A stretch of DNA of 63,951 bases, counting the filler, from Stramenopiles sp. TOSAG23-3 (taxonomy: Eukaryota): the NCBI GenBank assembly GCA_900128585.1. It is 4 parts of 4 records of this genome, joined end to end, with 100 filler letters (N's around TTAATTAATTAA, not from the genome) between each part and the next. Parts side by side here need not be neighbours in the genome. Positions count along the whole stretch, not along the records: positions 48,399 to 63,951 come from LT642517.1; 3 more parts are not named here. One strand, 5' to 3'. This document shows, piece by piece, positions 62,195 to 63,951 of this stretch. The notes beneath the pieces are model-generated. The model was not told where the DNA came from, did no database searches, and saw only the letters and a list, made by a program, of their open reading frames with translations. Both the position numbers and the translations under genes were made by a program. The stretch's first letter is position 1. Each line of letters begins with the position of its first letter.

Positions 62195-63951
62195 TTACAA
62201 CCGCCGGAAACTAAATCTGCCAAGGATTTTTTTCACAGTTGCCTTTGCTTTTTGGATGATCGTGCATTTCTTAATATTGCATGCTCGGGTCTGCTCCTTC
62301 GGGCATGCTTTCCCATCGTTTGCAGCACGGACAAGCACCGTCTTGACAGTTCTCTTTTGTTCACCACTACCGCATGTTTTCGTGCACTTGGACCATTCCT
62401 CGTTCCACGCGACTTGGCAATCTACGGGTTTTTTAGCAGCTTCCTCTGCAGCTTGCTTTTTTTCCTCCATTTCTTTTTCACGGGCAGCAATTAACGCCTT
62501 AGACTTTTCTTCGAGCTTTTTCTTTTCTGCTGCCCTCTCTGCATCGGCTTTCTTTGTGGCCGCCTCTTTAGCCTTATTCAACTTCTCTTGAATGGCTTTC
62601 GCAGCCTCTTCCAGCCTCGCCTTCTCCGCTAGCCTTTTCTTATCAGCCACAGCCTTCAGCTTCTTGACTTTTTCTTCTGCTTTTTTGATGGTCAAAGCCT
62701 TTTCGGCTTTCTCCTTTTTTCCCTTTTGCTCTGCCACGTGAGCATTCTTTTTCCTTTCAGCCTTTTCTCCTTCTTCCTTCTCTTTCAGGGCCATCCTTTT
62801 TTTTGCTTCCATAAGTTTGGTAGCACTTTCTCTGGCTTTTTCCGCTGCTTTCCGAGCCGCTGCTGCTTTGGATTTCGCGGTACTTTCTGCTGCCTTCTTC
62901 AACCTATCAGCATTCTTACGCCCTTCTTCTACTTTTGCTGCCAAGGCTTCTTTCTTTTGCAACTCTTCAAGGCGATCAGCTTCCTTTTCTTTTTCTAATC
63001 GCTTCTGTTCTTCCTCCTTCTCGAGGCGGTTGGCTTCTTTTGCCTTTTCCTCATCCTTCTTTCTGATTACTTTTTGCTTTTCCTCTTCCCTTGCAAGCCG
63101 TTCCTTTTCCTCTCTCTTTTCTTCCGCTTCAATTTCTGCGTTTTTCTTCTCAAGTGCGGCCTTGATGCCTTCTTCTTTCTTTGCTTCTACTCTTGCCTTC
63201 TCCTTGTTCTTCTCCAATTGCTCACGGCTTTCTGCACGTTTTTCGGCATTTTCTTTTTTCGCCGCGCGGGCTTTCTCCAGACGGTCGTACAATAGACCCC
63301 ATTCAGCTCTTCCCATACCAGACGTGCCGGGCCGGTGCGTGTACCTAATCCATGCTAGCTCTTTCTCTTTCCGTTCGAACGCTACCGGGGTCTCTTCTTC
63401 GTCTTCAGGTTCGTCAGGAATGGATGGAATTTCGGGCTTCCTGGGCAACACTGGCTTGTCGTCATCCTTTGCTTTACCATCGCAGACTTCCACACCGCAT
63501 GGGTATTTTGGGCAACCCATCTCGTTCTTCTCGACGCTCATGACCCGTTGGCAACCATCGGCTGGGGCTTTGCAACGTGGGACAGGGCAAGAAACTGGCT
63601 CTTCGATTGGCTTTACTGGCACAGGCCTGATTGGTTTTCGTTCAATTGGCAACGGTTTCAGCGGATTTTTAGGAAGTACCGGAACTGGTGTTGGAACGAG
63701 CTCCTTTTTCCCTGGAATCGAAGGAACTGGAACCGGGACTAGCTCGCTTCTTTCAAAGTGCGGAACCGGAACAGGAACGACGCCTGACGTGCCAGTGCTT
63801 CCGGTAGCCGTGCTTGTCGCACCACTATCTGATGTGCCAGTACTTGCGGTAGCCGTGCTTGTCACACCAGTAGCCGTTCCCGTCGACTCGATTGCCGTGG
63901 CGGCGACGACTTCGTCAGCTTTTCCTGTGCCAGTAGCGGTTCCCGTCGACT
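62195..63951 (-). CDS. 3' part of a large protein: Thr/Gly-rich repeats, Pro-rich segment, small Cys-rich module, long K/E/A coiled coil and a C-terminal thrombospondin type-1 domain
   Basis: The frame is open to the window edge (STGTATG repeats). TSP1: PVDCQVAWNEEWSKCTKTCGSGEQKRTV...NDGKACP..QTRACN. Confidence 0.8.
   Translation of the reverse strand, partial: STGTATGTGKADEVVAATAIESTGTATGVTSTATASTGTSDSGATSTATGSTGTSGVVPVPVPHFERSELVPVPVPSIPGKKELVPTPVPVLPKNPLKPLPIERKPIRPVPVKPIEEPVSCPVPRCKAPADGCQRVMSVEKNEMGCPKYPCGVEVCDGKAKDDDKPVLPRKPEIPSIPDEPEDEEETPVAFERKEKELAWIRYTHRPGTSGMGRAEWGLLYDRLEKARAAKKENAEKRAESREQLEKNKEKARVEAKKEEGIKAALEKKNAEIEAEEKREEKERLAREEEKQKVIRKKDEEKAKEANRLEKEEEQKRLEKEKEADRLEELQKKEALAAKVEEGRKNADRLKKAAESTAKSKAAAARKAAEKARESATKLMEAKKRMALKEKEEGEKAERKKNAHVAEQKGKKEKAEKALTIKKAEEKVKKLKAVADKKRLAEKARLEEAAKAIQEKLNKAKEAATKKADAERAAEKKKLEEKSKALIAAREKEMEEKKQAAEEAAKKPVDCQVAWNEEWSKCTKTCGSGEQKRTVKTVLVRAANDGKACPKEQTRACNIKKCTIIQKAKATVKKILGRFSFRRL

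Overview
Eukaryotic, gene-dense and intron-poor DNA. GC-rich coding regions alternate with very AT-rich, microsatellite-laden intergenic DNA. The source is most likely a flagellated stramenopile-type protist (inference from IFT139, an MGLCAS-type G-alpha, a CCDC53-like KMLKMGVP repeat and GTAAGT...CTAAC...YAG introns). The window is not one locus: four ~16 kb scaffolds are joined by 100-nt N/TTAATTAATTAA linkers at 16051-16150, 32179-32278 and 48299-48398. I call 27 protein genes, including eIF3a, a Rab11-like GTPase, a Sen1-like helicase, IFT139, a GNPTAB-like Stealth enzyme, SGT1, G-alpha, MDH2, Tim10, NIPA, ALDH3, SLC35F6, DENND6 and a CLN3-like protein. Most notable observations: (1) a secreted TPR-JmjC hydroxylase-glycosyltransferase fusion; (2) a repeat family with inverted-repeat ends found only between convergent genes; (3) an unannotated ~270-nt multi-hairpin island; (4) an ASH2L-type SPRY domain fused to a dead HAD phosphatase; (5) a candidate gustatory-receptor-like 7TM channel; (6) two genes broken by frameshift or deletion. 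All family calls come from motif recognition, not database searches.
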